The notes beneath the pieces are model-generated. The model worked only from the letters and a program-made list of their open reading frames with translations. It searched no databases and was not told the DNA's origin. Shown here one piece after another: positions 1 to 12,104 of a stretch of DNA of 64,000 bases (position 1 is the stretch's first letter; each line of letters begins with the position of its first letter). Location of the stretch: NCBI GenBank assembly GCA_964106645.2, contig OZ067044.1. One strand, given 5' to 3'. This stretch comes from Podarcis pityusensis (lineage: Eukaryota). The position numbers and the translations under genes are program-made.

Positions 1-230
1 TTGTATAAAGAAGTACTTCCTTTTATCTGTTCTGTATTGCCCAATGTTCAGCTTCATCCAGGCTCCAGTAATATGAGAGAGGGGGATCTATCTATTCATT
101 TTCTCAACCTCATTCATAATTCTATACAGCTGTTTCACTTCCCTTCTTGTATTTTATCTAAACTAAGTATCCCTACAGAAGTTGTTGCACCCATGGATCA
201 TTTGGGATGCCTTTTTCTGTGCTTGCTGTT
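1..230 (-). mobile_element. CR1 LINE fragment (ORF2 C-terminal region), truncated by window edge
   Basis: Copy of 12128-12360. Confidence 0.7.
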
Positions 231-730
231 ATTTCACACAACTTCTTTTTATGAATCCTCCAGAGAAGCCCCACATAGTCCAAAATTATACTACAAATAT
301 ATAGGAAGCATTCCATGTTTTATGCATTCTTCAGTTAAGCTGATCATAACAGGACAAATAAACTGTGCTTTGTGTGAGTGAAAAAGTACAAATCCTTATT
401 TTTAATTGATGAGGGATGTATAAATAACTATATATTTATGGTGACATGCTAATACCCCACAGGAAGATTGAACACTCAAGCTGTATGCATGCCTACATTT
501 CCTTTAATTTCTGAGATGAAGACTCACTCTGTCATTATTGTATGCCTCAGAATTTATGCCGCGTCTACCATTGCAATTTAAAAACTACTTGTAGGAAAAG
601 TTCTTCACAATCAGAACAACTGATGCTAATACTGTGATTTGATTTTGCTGACACCCTTATATAGTAAAACAAAAAATATATATGAGTTTTATTCCTATAA
701 GGTAAGGCCATTTCTGAAAGCAAAACTTAC

Positions 731-3160
731 CTGCTCACCAACCTCCTCTTTGGCATTGGCATCCCCACAGTTGCCATCCACAAGAACCACCTGAGAGCTA
801 TCATTGCATAGCAAATTTTCTGCCACCTGGATATGGGGTTTTGGGAAAGAGATCTGCTCTTTCCTCATCTCTGATGATAGACAGAGTTGGTAGGAATAAG
901 GTAAAGTTCCTTCTTCATAGTTTGGTGGAAATATGACCTGCGCCTTAGAAAAAGCACTAGGTTCAAAGCACTGGAATAATTTGGGATTTCCTGATTGTCG
1001 AAGTTTCATGACAATGACCAGTATCACCGTCAGGAGGAATAAAAATGAGATCAATGCCAAAGCCAGCACCAAGTAAAACTGGAGATCAGAATGATGTTCT
1101 GTGTCACTGGATTGCTTAGTCATTTCCGGAAGTGCCTCTTGGAAGTTCTCGGCAATCACAAGGTTGAGGACCACAGTAGCTGAGAGTGGAGCCTTCCCAT
1201 TGTCCTTCACCAAGATGACCAGCTTCTGTTTCACAGCATCTTTCTCCAGAAGGGCTCGTGACGTCCTGATCTCTCCTGTGTGGGTCCCAATGGTGAAGAG
1301 GGCCGGCTCTGTGGCCTGCAGCACTTGGTAGGAGAGCCAGGCATTGTGCCCAGAGTCCGCGTCCACAGCCACCACTTTGGTCACTAGGTAGCCTGGCTCT
1401 GCCGAGTGAGGAACCATCTCAAACAAGGCAGAGCCCTCAACACCCGGGACAGGATACAGAACGCGAGGGCTGTTATCGTTCTGATCCAAAATGTACACCC
1501 ACACGGTGGCGTTGTTGCTGAGAGAGGGAGAGCCGCCATCTTGGGCCTTCACTTGGATCTGAAACTCCCGGAATTGCTCATAGTCAAAGGAGCGCTGTGC
1601 ATAGATAGTTCCCGTCTCAGAGTTGATGGAGACGTAAGAGGAGAGAGGCAGCTCCTCCATGTTGCTGTTGAGGATGGAGTAAGTGATACGTGAGTTGCGG
1701 TCCAGATCCGGATCCGAGGCTTTGATGGAGAAAATGGAGGCACCTGAGGGATTGTTTTCTGGCACAAAGACACTGTGGGTTGATTTTTCAAAGGCAGGGG
1801 GGTTGTCATTGATATCTGAAATCTGCAGGGAGATGGTTTTGTTGGAGGAGAGAGGGGGGCTACCTTTGTCAGTGGCCGTGATTGTGATGTTGTATCCTGA
1901 GGCTTTTTCTCTGTCCAATGGACTGTCTGTGTGGATTTTATAGTTGTTCTTAGATATAGATGCTATTTTAAATGGTACATTACTTTGTAGATGGCATGTA
2001 ATTTTTCCATTTTCTCCAGAATCTCTATCCTTTACATTGATGAGAGCAATTATTGTTCCAGAAACAGAGTTTTCTGATACTGGGGTGGATAAGGAGGCCA
2101 CGATGATCTCTGGAGCATTGTCATTCTCATCTATAATCTTTATATCAACATTACAGTGAGCCACTAATCCTCCTCCATCTCTTGCTTCAACTGTCATAGT
2201 GTATTTTTCTGTTTCCTCAAAGTCAAGGGTCTCCTTAATTGTAATTGTTCCACTTTGTGGATCTAGTCTAAATTTCTCATAGACTTTTTTTGGGACTTTA
2301 CTGAATGTGTAACTGATCTGACTATTTGAACCTTCATCCTTATCAGAGGCTTTTACTTGGAGTATGGGGGACCCCACAGGAGAATTTTCCCTCAGACTAA
2401 CTGTATAAACTTCTTGAGTGAAGACTGGTGGGTTGTCATTGGCATCTGTGACATTAATCCATATCTGGGCAGTCCCAGTTTTTCTGGGTTCACCCCCATC
2501 CAGGGCCATAAGGATCAACTGAAGCGAGTGCTCACTCTCCCGATCCAAAGGTTTCTGCAGCACCAATTCTGCATATTTATGGCCATCCAGACTATGCTTA
2601 ATTTCTAATATAAAGAACTGATTTAGGCTTAACTGATAATTCTGGAGAGTATTAATCCCAATATCAGGATCTTCAGCTTTCCCAAGGAGAAATCTGGCAC
2701 CCGGCAATGTGGATTCAATTATTTCAAGTTTAATATTGGCTTCTAAGAATTGTGGGGCATTATCATTAATGTCTTGGATTGCTAGACTAACATGGAAAAC
2801 GTTCAATGGATTTTCGACCACAGCTTCAAAATCAATAAGGCAGTGTGTGCTCTCTCTACACATCCCCTCACGATCTATCCTCTCATTCACATGCAGGTTT
2901 CCATTTTCAGCATTGATAGTGAAATATGGCTTTTTACCTTCAGAAAGGATATGCAGGTTTCTATTCTTCAGGTCTCTGGCATTTAGTCCCAGATCCTTGG
3001 CAAGATTTCCCACCAAAGAACCCTTTGCCATCTCCTCAGGGATGGAATAGTGAACCTCTTCCAAAACTGCTCCACAAAACAAAGATGATAATATCAGAAG
3101 TGTTATATACCTTCCTGGTGTTTGAAAGCTCTTTCCAGGCAGGATTCCTCTCATCTTCAT
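731..3160 (-). CDS. PCDHGB: Protocadherin gamma-B-like variable exon 1 (array type A)
   Basis: ORF 695..3184 has six cadherin repeats (DxNDNxP, DRE, DxD motifs), a TM segment ([16 protein letters not shown]) and gamma-B signatures ([30 protein letters not shown]). First true ATG is at 3160 (ORF-track start is GTG). Donor CAG|GTAAG at 731/730. Symbol is family-level only. Confidence 0.93.
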
Positions 3161-3402
3161 TTTCCTCTTCTCTTTGATGAGCACAGGATTTCAGATTTCC
3201 ACCAAGACAGGAGATTTTTTTTTGCACAGTAAAAAAAAGAACTGGATCCTTTGGCTTTGTATGTGCTGCAGTGTTTTCTGTTTTCCAGCTGAAACGTTTG
3301 TTCCAGCGTCTGCTGGTATTCCCGATGTGCAGTTTGGGACAAAGAGATCTCTCTGCAGAAAGCATCAGTGGAACTTCAGCTGCCCTTGGATTGCCGCCTT
3401 GT

Positions 3403-3440
3403 CCAACAGTGACACTGTGAGTCTGAAACCGAGAACTGCA
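3403..3440 (-). promoter_or_regulatory. Pcdh CSE / CTCF site, exon 1 promoter (CACT variant)
   Basis: Minus strand TGCAGTTC..ACTCACAGTGTCACTGTTGG, ~250 bp upstream of ATG; matches CSE plus upstream TGCAG module. Confidence 0.8.
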
Positions 3441-5520
3441 ATCTTTTCCCAATGATTTTTCTTCCCTAATTCATGACATAGTAGTATTTTTATGTAATGA
3501 CTCAGACCATATTCTCATACAGGTTATTTGAATATGCCTGTTGGAAAGTGTTATCTGTTCACCATTACAGTAGGTTAAAAGAAATCAGCTTCAAATTAAT
3601 ATTTACAGCAAAGAAAAAGCGGTAAAGAATTTATAGCCCTATTTCCAATATTTCTTTAGGAAAAATCAGAATAGCAGACAGCAGTATGAGAATGATATTG
3701 TTATTTATAATAAAAGACTTTTAAACAAATTAGAAAAATATTGTATTAGGTATTTACAGGCATCTTAGACTGTGTGTGGAAAGCCTAAAGCCGTGTCTGA
3801 AAAGTGTGTTTACCTTTACATAATTTCACTGAAAATAGTGCCACATCTCAAGTCCTATTTTGTCACCTTATGTCCACACAATTTCTGGTCTGTTTGTGTA
3901 GCTTTCTCCTTCAACAGTTGTACTGTGTCAGTATTTACCTTTGCCATTTTCCCCACCTGCCCATTTGTCCAGTTACGATAGACACTTTGCTGATTTCATT
4001 TAGTTTGTGGTGTGTGCTTTTGACCTTACACAACACCCCAGCTACTTCACAATATCACAGATATGGGTCATCCCCTCTACATATGCAAACAATATGGAGA
4101 CCCCTATTTTGCCGGTGGGGAGTGGGGGGTGGGACAGGACAACCAGAAAGCTACTCAGAAATCACTACGGTCCTTTCAGTATTTTAGGAAGCTACATATC
4201 GTCTCCAGCTGTTAATGCAACTTCATTTAATCAAGGAACAAAACTGCATAAATAAGCCCTGGGTGTTATATGCTGAACCTCAAATGTTCTGAGCTTTCCC
4301 CTCCATTTTTAAACTTCTTTTTCTATGTTTCCTGAGCACACTGCAATTGTCAGTCATGGTCCTGTGCCCTAATTCCTTCCAGCAGCTAGCACCAACCCTG
4401 GCAAGAACACTCCTCCATCCTCACATCTGCCCTACTGGCCATGAGCCCAGCAGGGAGTTGGAGCGGGTGGTTCATTGCAGGCTTAAGTAACTCAAGAACC
4501 TGCTAATATATCCCACAATGCTATGATCAGAAATACAGTTATCCATCTATTCATGCGTTCATGCCATGTAAGTATCATAGCTAACATGTTGGTAGAGGAG
4601 TTCAAGAATTCAACATGCTTCGTGTATATTGAGCTGGTCTCATGTAAAGAACAAAACTGTGAACCAGGAATTCCGTGGTATGAATTTTGCCTCTGACAGG
4701 AACTCACTTATATAAGAATTATAAGATAATGTGTCAAATCCAGACTTAAATAAATTTGACTTAAATAAATTTGACTTAAATTAGTCTTGCTTGACTAACT
4801 TGGTCCAAGGATAACTAATTCTGAATCTGACCCATTATATGCAATGCCCTTTGAAACTTATAAATATCATTTACACAGTATCATTATTATTGTCTAAATC
4901 ATGAGGCAGAAATACATAACGCAGGCAGTGCAATCTGGCCAGTAGCATTATTGAAAAAACTGACATGGAAATTGAAGACAGCAAGAGGCCAGGGGAAATA
5001 TGATAACTTTTATGCAGTCTTGGATGATTTTATAGATTATACAAACAATGAGACATGTGGCAGAACGGTGCCTTGGCCTACAGCACAGTTTGGTGTGCAT
5101 GAAGCACATATTTTATTTTATTCTTCCTGCTTCCTTCTTGCCTTTGTATAATCCCTGCAGACCAACACTGCTGCTGATACAATATATATTTGTAGTTGTG
5201 ATCAACAGTCAAAGAGATGGAGGTCATTACGTACCATTTTGTTTTTGTTAAGATTGAAATGATTTTAGAATATACACTTTAGCAAAGCTCTGTGGAGTAT
5301 TTGAAGATAACTCTCTGACTGTATGTAATTCTTTTATTTTTGTTTTAAATAAAATTTAAAAATAAATAAATGCACAATTCATGTCTTTAACAAAATATCC
5401 CACATTATCTGTCCACCTGTCCGCCTTTCAGACAGTTGTTTAGAAAGAGCTTTAATGCAATGTGGTTTCACTTAAAGGAATATGGGGGCTGGAAATATCC
5501 ACAATCTACTCTAGAAGGCC

Positions 5521-5544
5521 AGTCAGTCAGTCAGTCAGCCAGCC
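5521..5544. repeat. (AGTC)n microsatellite; copies at ~17649, ~29836, ~42031
   Basis: 4, 5, 5 and 6 AGTC units in the four array units. Confidence 0.9.
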
Positions 5545-6951
5545 AATCAGTCTTGACTTGACTTTTTTTTTACATCACACATGCAGAAACACACATGCCT
5601 TTATTGAACCCCACCTTACAGAAAACAAAACACGACTGATTTGTTTTCCCACCCACAAATTCCAGTCTGCAGAGATATGGTGAATGGACTTGACCATGGA
5701 CCACAATCTCATTTATTTACAAGTCTGATCTGATTTCTACCAAGTTGAAGGCCTTCCTTGCAGGTCACATTTAATTGGTGACCCCACTCTGGACTTAAGA
5801 TTGGGATCAGTACTGAAACTGGTATTTGCTCTTCACTCAATTTTGTGTAGAGGAGGACATTCAAACACCAGGAGCTGGTAAATCTTAGGTATGAGATAAT
5901 TAGTTCTCCTTTCCAGATCCACCCAAGTTAGTAAGGACGCTATGAGGCTAAGCATCCTTTTATGCCATGTTGCGCCCACTCTAGGTTTCTTAGGTTTCTA
6001 ATCTACATAGAACATGTGCATTGTGGACTATTTAAATGGAATACCGGTATCTAGATGTAGCTAGACTTTAATTTTCCACACTCTGAATTTTAATACTGAA
6101 TTCCAGTATTAAAATTAGAAAAATGTGTGGACTAAACTAATGTAGATGTCATTAGTTTGATAAGGCAATTCAATCTGATGTTTCTGGAACTTTCCTCTTC
6201 ATTGAATGAAACAGGGAAGCTCTAGATCTGAACTATGTATAAATACTTTATACAATGATGTTTAATGTGAATTGTAGGCAGCAATTCATTGTATAATTTC
6301 TAAGTGAAACTATATTAACAGCATAATTCACACGCATAACCTAGATTCAAACAATCTACTGAAGTTCATGGTAGCTGCAGTTCATTAAACTGAAAACTCA
6401 CACAGTATAAATGAACAAATTTATAATTAATTTGATTTTATGGAGAAGGAAGTAAAGCATAATTTACAGACACCTCTCAAAAGTATATGTCTTTAAAATT
6501 TATAGCTTAAAAAAATTGCTAGTAATACTAATAACAGTGATAGTATTTTCTGCTATATAGCAAGGTGCCCTCCTTTGATTCTACAGCCAAAATTGCTGCC
6601 CCCCCAAGCCAAGTAATGTGAAAAACAAAGTTCTTTTCCTCTCTTTATCTAATTTAATGAAAGTAGTAGAAGGTCAACTCCTCAAAATACTAGTTGTTCA
6701 AATGACAGCAAGATAAGTTCTACCAGATGGTTTCAAGGGCATGGCTCGAAGCTGCAATGTGTAGCTTCCCTATGGAGCGAAAAGGAGCATCCTGATTCAT
6801 GAAAGCCAAATGATGTAAGAGCCAAACTATTCATTTATATGGTGAAAAACAAAAAGGCAGTCACATTAGCTGGATAAAAAGCACTGTGACAATGTCACTA
6901 ATGGCAAAGAATGATGGATAATGGCATTTAATTTCAGAAAACAAACCTTAC

Positions 6952-9372
6952 CTGTTCTCCATTATCTACTGCAGAATCAAAATTGTTCCCTACATTGCCT
7001 GTAAAAGGCACAGCAGGTTTCTCACTGCTAAGAATATTCTCTGCAATCTGTATATTTGGTGTCAGGAAGGTAAACTCGTTCTTCCTGGACTCAGAAGACA
7101 GACACAGCTGGTAGGAATAGGGCAAAGTCCCATCTTCAAAGTTGGGTGGAAAGATGGCACCATTCTTGGAATGGGGAACAGGACCAAAGCACTGTAGGAA
7201 CCTGGGATGCCCTGATTGACGGAGCTTCATTGTAACGGCCAGAATGACAGTCAAGAGGAACAAGAAGGAGATCACAGCTAAGGCCAGCACCAAGTAGAAC
7301 TGCAGGTCAGACTGATACTCCGAGCTGCTGGGTTGGCTCTTCATTTCCGGAAGGGCCTCCTGAAAGTTCTCAGCAAACACCAGGTTAAGAGTCATGGTGG
7401 CCGAGAGAGATGGCTGCCCGTTATCCTTCACCATAATGACCAGTCTCTGTTTCACAGCGTCTCTCTCCACAAAGGCCCTGGCTGTCCTGATCTCTCCAGT
7501 ATGAGAACCAACCGTGAAGAGTGCCGGCTCAGTGGCCTGAGTCAGGTGGTAGGAGAGCCAGGCGTTGTGTCCAGAATCTGCATCCACGGCCACCACCTTG
7601 GTGACAAGATAATCTGCCTCGGCCGAACGAGGCACCATCTCAAACAAGGCTGAGCCCTTGGCTTCTTGGGAGGGGGACAGGATACGAGGGCTGTTATCAT
7701 TCCTGTCAAGAACAAACACCCTGACGGTCACATTGCTGCTGAGAGGGGGAGAACCCCCATCTTGGGCCTTCACTTGCACCCGAAACTCTCTGAATTGTTC
7801 ATAGTCAAAGGATCTCTGGGCATAGATGATGCCAGTCTCAGAATTAATGGAGATATAGGAGGAGATGGGAAGCTCCTCAATGTTGCTGTTGAGGATGGAG
7901 TATGTAATCCGTGAGTTCTGGTCCATATCAGGATCAGAGGCTTTGATGGTGAAAATGGAGGCACCTGAAGGATTGTTTTCTGGCACATAGATGCTGTAGG
8001 TTGATCTCTGAAATGTAGGGGCATTATCATTGATATCTGAGATCTGTAGTGAGATTGTTTTGTGTGTGGAAAGAGGTGGAGTTCCTCTGTCAGTGGCTGT
8101 GATTGTAATATTATATGCAGGAGCTATTTCTCTGTCCAAAGGACTGTCGGTCTGGAGCTTGAAGTAATTGTTAGATGAGGGAAGAATTTTGAAGGGCAAA
8201 TCATCGTTTAAGTAGCAAGTAACCTTCCCATTATCTCCACTATCTCTGTCATTCACATTGATCAGTGCAATGATTGTTCCTGACAGAGAATTTTCAGGAA
8301 CTGGGCTGAACATGGAGGCTAATGTCACTTCTGGGGCATTATCATTCTCATCATGAACCCTTATCTCAATATTAGAATGTGTCACCAATCCACCTCCATC
8401 TTTTGCAGCAACTGTCATACTATATTCATCATTGTCCTCAAAATCCAGTTGCTCCAGAAGAGTGATTCTACCACTGATGGGATCCAGCCTGAATTTCTGT
8501 TCAGCCGTTGCCGGTATGTTGCTAAAATGATACCTGATTTGGGCATTTGTACCTTCATCCTTATCAGAGGCTGCAACCTGGAGAACAAGTGACCCAACAG
8601 GAACATTTTCAGATAAACTGACCTTGTATACCTCTTGACTGAAAACAGGTGGGTTGTCATTGGCATCTGTGACATTAATCTGTATCTGGGCTGTCCCAGT
8701 TTTCCTAGGCTCACCCCCATCCATAGCGGTAAGAACCAAGTGAAGGGTCTGTTCACTTTCTCGATCAAGAGGTTTCTGTAGCACCAGTTCTGCATATTTA
8801 TGTCCATCCTTTCTCTCTCTAATTTCCAAAACAAAGTACTGATTGGAGCTCAGCTGGTAATCCTGGAGAGAGTTCACCCCAATGTCAGGATCTTCTGCTT
8901 TCCCAAGGAGAAATCGAGTGCCTGGCAAAGTTTGCTCACCTGTCTCCAGGTTGATGTTGCCATTGAGGAATTGTGGTGCATTATCATTAACATCCTGTAT
9001 TTCCACTAGCACATGAAAAATATTCAAAGGGTTTTCCACCACAACTTCAAAATTAACAAAGCAATTTGGATTTTTGCCACATATCCCCTCCCTATCAATC
9101 CTGTCATTTACATAGAGGTTTCCATTCTCTGCATTGATACTGAAATGCTGCATTTTAGCCACAGACACAGTGTGCAGATTGCGATGTTTTAGTTCTTTGG
9201 TGCTCAGTCCCAGGTCCTTGGCGAGGTTCCCCACAACGGAACCCTTTGCCATCTCCTCAGGGGTTGAATAATGAATCTGCTCTGATGCAGCCCAACAGGT
9301 AAAAGACAATAGAGAGAGAAGCAGTACTTGCCTTGTGAGTGCCCTGCCATTCCCTGGGTGCCTTCTCTCCAT
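6952..9372 (-). CDS. PCDHGB: Protocadherin gamma-B-like variable exon 2 (array type B)
   Basis: ORF 6934..9372, 6 EC + TM + gamma-B cytoplasmic motif; donor CAG|GTAAGG at 6952/6951, phase 0. Confidence 0.93.
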
Positions 9373-9646
9373 CTGGCTGGTTCTCTCAAAAACAGGCTGC
9401 TTCCTTTTCTCAGTTTCCTATGCTCAAGCTCTCACAGTGATGAAGGAAACAACATGAGGTATCACTGAGGAAGAATAAACTGCCTTTTTCTTATATTTGT
9501 GCAAAGCAAAAGAGATTTTTCCTTCTCTGCAAGAGTTCCCTGTCTCTGTGCTCTTCAGTAGGCCTGATCTGAATAACAGTGATGGGAGTTACTGCAGTCT
9601 AGGAAGCATCAATAGATGTCTATCCTCTCTCTGGCTCTCATACTGG

Positions 9647-9684
9647 CCAACACTGACACTTAGAGGACCACTCGAGGAACTGCA
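9647..9684 (-). promoter_or_regulatory. CSE / CTCF site, exon 2 promoter (CAGT variant)
   Basis: TGCAGTTC..CCTCTAAGTGTCAGTGTTGG. Confidence 0.78.
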
Positions 9685-10440
9685 TTTTGTTCTATGAAAA
9701 TAGACAGGGGTGAATAAATGCAGATGTTTCTCCAGCACATACTGTACCTTCCTTTCTGCTCACTGAGTGGAGCATTTGAGAAAGCTTTTCCTTGGTGTTC
9801 TTTCTTAGTGTACAGCTACCCTCATTTATGTTCGTGGCTTTTCAGTACTGTGAAAATTGGGGTTGTATCTAATACTGCAATTACATGAAGGTTATACACA
9901 TCTTCATTTTTTTTTTGGAAACATGGAAACATTATTATTAATATATAAATATCCAGTTACATAGTAAAACTTTATCTTAAAATTAATGTATTACGATAAT
10001 AGTTATGCTATAGTAGCACAAGAGCTGTAAGTCAACTGTATTTTTGTTGTTGTTGCTTAAATAGAATATAAACACCCTATTGAAATTATTCTATTTTTTT
10101 ATCTCTCCTAAGTTGTTGGATGTCTGTTCATCAACATTTATGGAGCAGAGTACAAGTTCTTCTCAGTGTTGGGTTGGAATTCCAAGAGTAACTTACTATT
10201 TCAAGAGTTCTCTCTCTGTTTTTTGAGGATAAGATGAGATGCAACACTTGCAGCTCCTGTCTAGACAGCACTAGGTAATAAAAGTGTGTTCGCTGGTATT
10301 GGTTCTACATCAGACTCTGCCACTGCCTCCTACCTGCTGGTGCCATACAAATGTCCTTGTTTAGCAGTTGCTCCCCTGTGATCAAAGCAGGAACACAGCA
10401 CAAGTGCAGGACCAATAGCTGTAGCTGCTCTACCAGCAGT

Positions 10441-10619
10441 AAAAAAAGGTAAAGGACCCCCGGATAGTTAAGTTCAGTCAAAGGCGACTATGGGGTGGCG
10501 GCGCTCATCTCTCTTTCAGGCCGAGGGAGCCGGCATTTGTCCACAGCCAGCTTTCCAGGTCATGTGGCCAGCAAGACTAAACAGCTTTTGGCACAACGGA
10601 ACACCTTGACGGAAGCTAG
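10441..10619 (-). mobile_element. Sauria SINE 3' fragment
   Basis: aaaggtaaagg (reverse of ACCTTT tail), ..ggcgctcatctc..ggccgagggagccggc..ggtcatgtggccagc..gactaa; recognised from family consensus. Confidence 0.8.
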
Positions 10620-11064
10620 GCATGATCCAACAGGATAAAATGTTTGTTGGCACTTTGCATGTGAGCTCATATCATGATAATAGCATCATGAAGTTTGGGA
10701 ACTGAGAACAGTGGAGAGACAAGAGGTGTTCGAAGAAATCAATTGTGTCTAATTGAAAGAGTATATGATACAGGTCTTATTAGAAAATAACTAAAGTAAT
10801 TTACTTTCAGTTTGTACGCATTAAAGGTAATAGCTCCTCTTATTGCTCCATAGAACAGCCTACAAGACCATAAACCCAATCTGGAGATGTGTATCCTCTT
10901 CAAATATTTTTGCCTGGCATATATCCCCTGGAAACTGGAACCCCACTGCACAGAACTGACATTTCCAAGTGATCACAACCAGAGTGCATAATTTTCAACA
11001 TGCTTCTAGTTTTTCATCTGCTAGTCTATCACACGGAAACACTGCACACAATTCTATTTCATAA

Positions 11065-11297
11065 AAACATAAGAAGAGCCCTGCTGGATCAGGCCAGAGC
11101 TCTATTGAGTCCAGCATCCTTCCTTCCACTGTGGCCAACCAGATGCCCCTCAAAAGCTCTGCCCTTGGTCCACATTCAGAGGTGTCTGGTACTAGACATA
11201 ATATAGCCAATGTGACAATGATTTTTTCTAATCCCCCTTTAAAATCACCCAAGTAGGTGACCATCGTTGCACCTTGTGATAGTGATTTCCATTGTTT
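11065..11297 (-). mobile_element. CR1 LINE 3'-terminal fragment
   Basis: aacataagaagagccctgctggatcaggcca..tccagcatc..gtggccaaccagatgcc; minus-strand frame reads like the CR1 ORF2 end (..LGDFKGGLEK..). Confidence 0.75.
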
Positions 11298-11844
11298 GTT
11301 TGTTTAAATAAGTAAATTATTTAGAAATGGTTGATATAAAAACAAAATGGCTAGACATACCATTATCATTAAATTCCTATTATGAAATCAAATAAAGCAT
11401 ATAGCCTTCATAAAGATCCAAATAAAGTATGTGGGTCTGCGTTATCTTGAACTTCATTGCACCAATAAATTATGAAAAAACACACAGAAAGTTATCAGAC
11501 TGCCTCCCCTCCCTGACTCTTAGTTGTACCATTGATAAAATATTCCATGCTGTAGTAATCCATTCCCCTGAAGTTGGTGTTCTTAGCCCCTGCTAAGACA
11601 AATAGTTGCTCTGGCCACAGACAGTAACTGTTGGAGTAATTATCTGTCTTCTGTTTTACTAAATCCTTAAAATAACTAGAGAAATCAATGAGAGGATCCA
11701 TTGGCAAATTGCATCCTGTCATTATTTCATTTTCTCTTATTATATCCACCCACAAATTCTTAATTTAGGGACATGCCTCCCAAACCTGTTGCATCCTAGC
11801 ATTGGTTGAATTGTACTTCCAACGTAATTATTTGCTGTTCTATA

Positions 11845-11940
11845 AATTTGACCAAACTGTGGGAGGCAGTGGAAGACAGGAGTGCCTGGCGTGCTCTGGT
11901 CCATGGGGTCACGACGAGTCAGACACAACTAAACAACAAC
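11845..11940 (+). mobile_element. RTE-BovB LINE 3' end
   Basis: gggaggcagtggaagacaggagtgcctggcgtgctctggtccatggggtcacga..actaaacaacaac tail. Confidence 0.8.
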
Positions 11941-12104
11941 TAAAATGTGACGAAGCTACAGCAGTGTCATATACCATCAAAAAATAAACTTATACAAGTG
12001 TTTCTTAAGATTCACACTAATTGTTTTCTGCCATTTCCATTTTCACTGATATGATGTCCCAGACATCTCTGGCAAGTACTTTGTTGCATTTAGTTGTCAA
12101 CAAG

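Noticed and set aside
1101-2608. Recurrent antisense and alternate-frame ORFs overlapping the Pcdh exons
   Set aside because: Shadow ORFs of GC-rich coding DNA. They recur only because the exons are paralogous, and many start at non-ATG codons.
3161-3184. ORF-track N-terminus MLIKEKRK of A-type exons
   Set aside because: Starts at GTG (TTG in exon 7); the first ATG is 24 nt downstream.
4114-4133. Possible G-quadruplex GGGGAGTGGGGGGTGGG
   Set aside because: Needs a zero-length loop, and one G is lost in units 3/4.
3772-5683. Short intergenic ORFs repeated in each unit
   Set aside because: No recognisable domains; apparent conservation comes from the segmental duplication, and frames break between copies.
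6886-6898. GTGACA-A-TGTCAC palindrome near the B-type donor
   Set aside because: Too short to distinguish from chance; degraded in the exon 8 intron.
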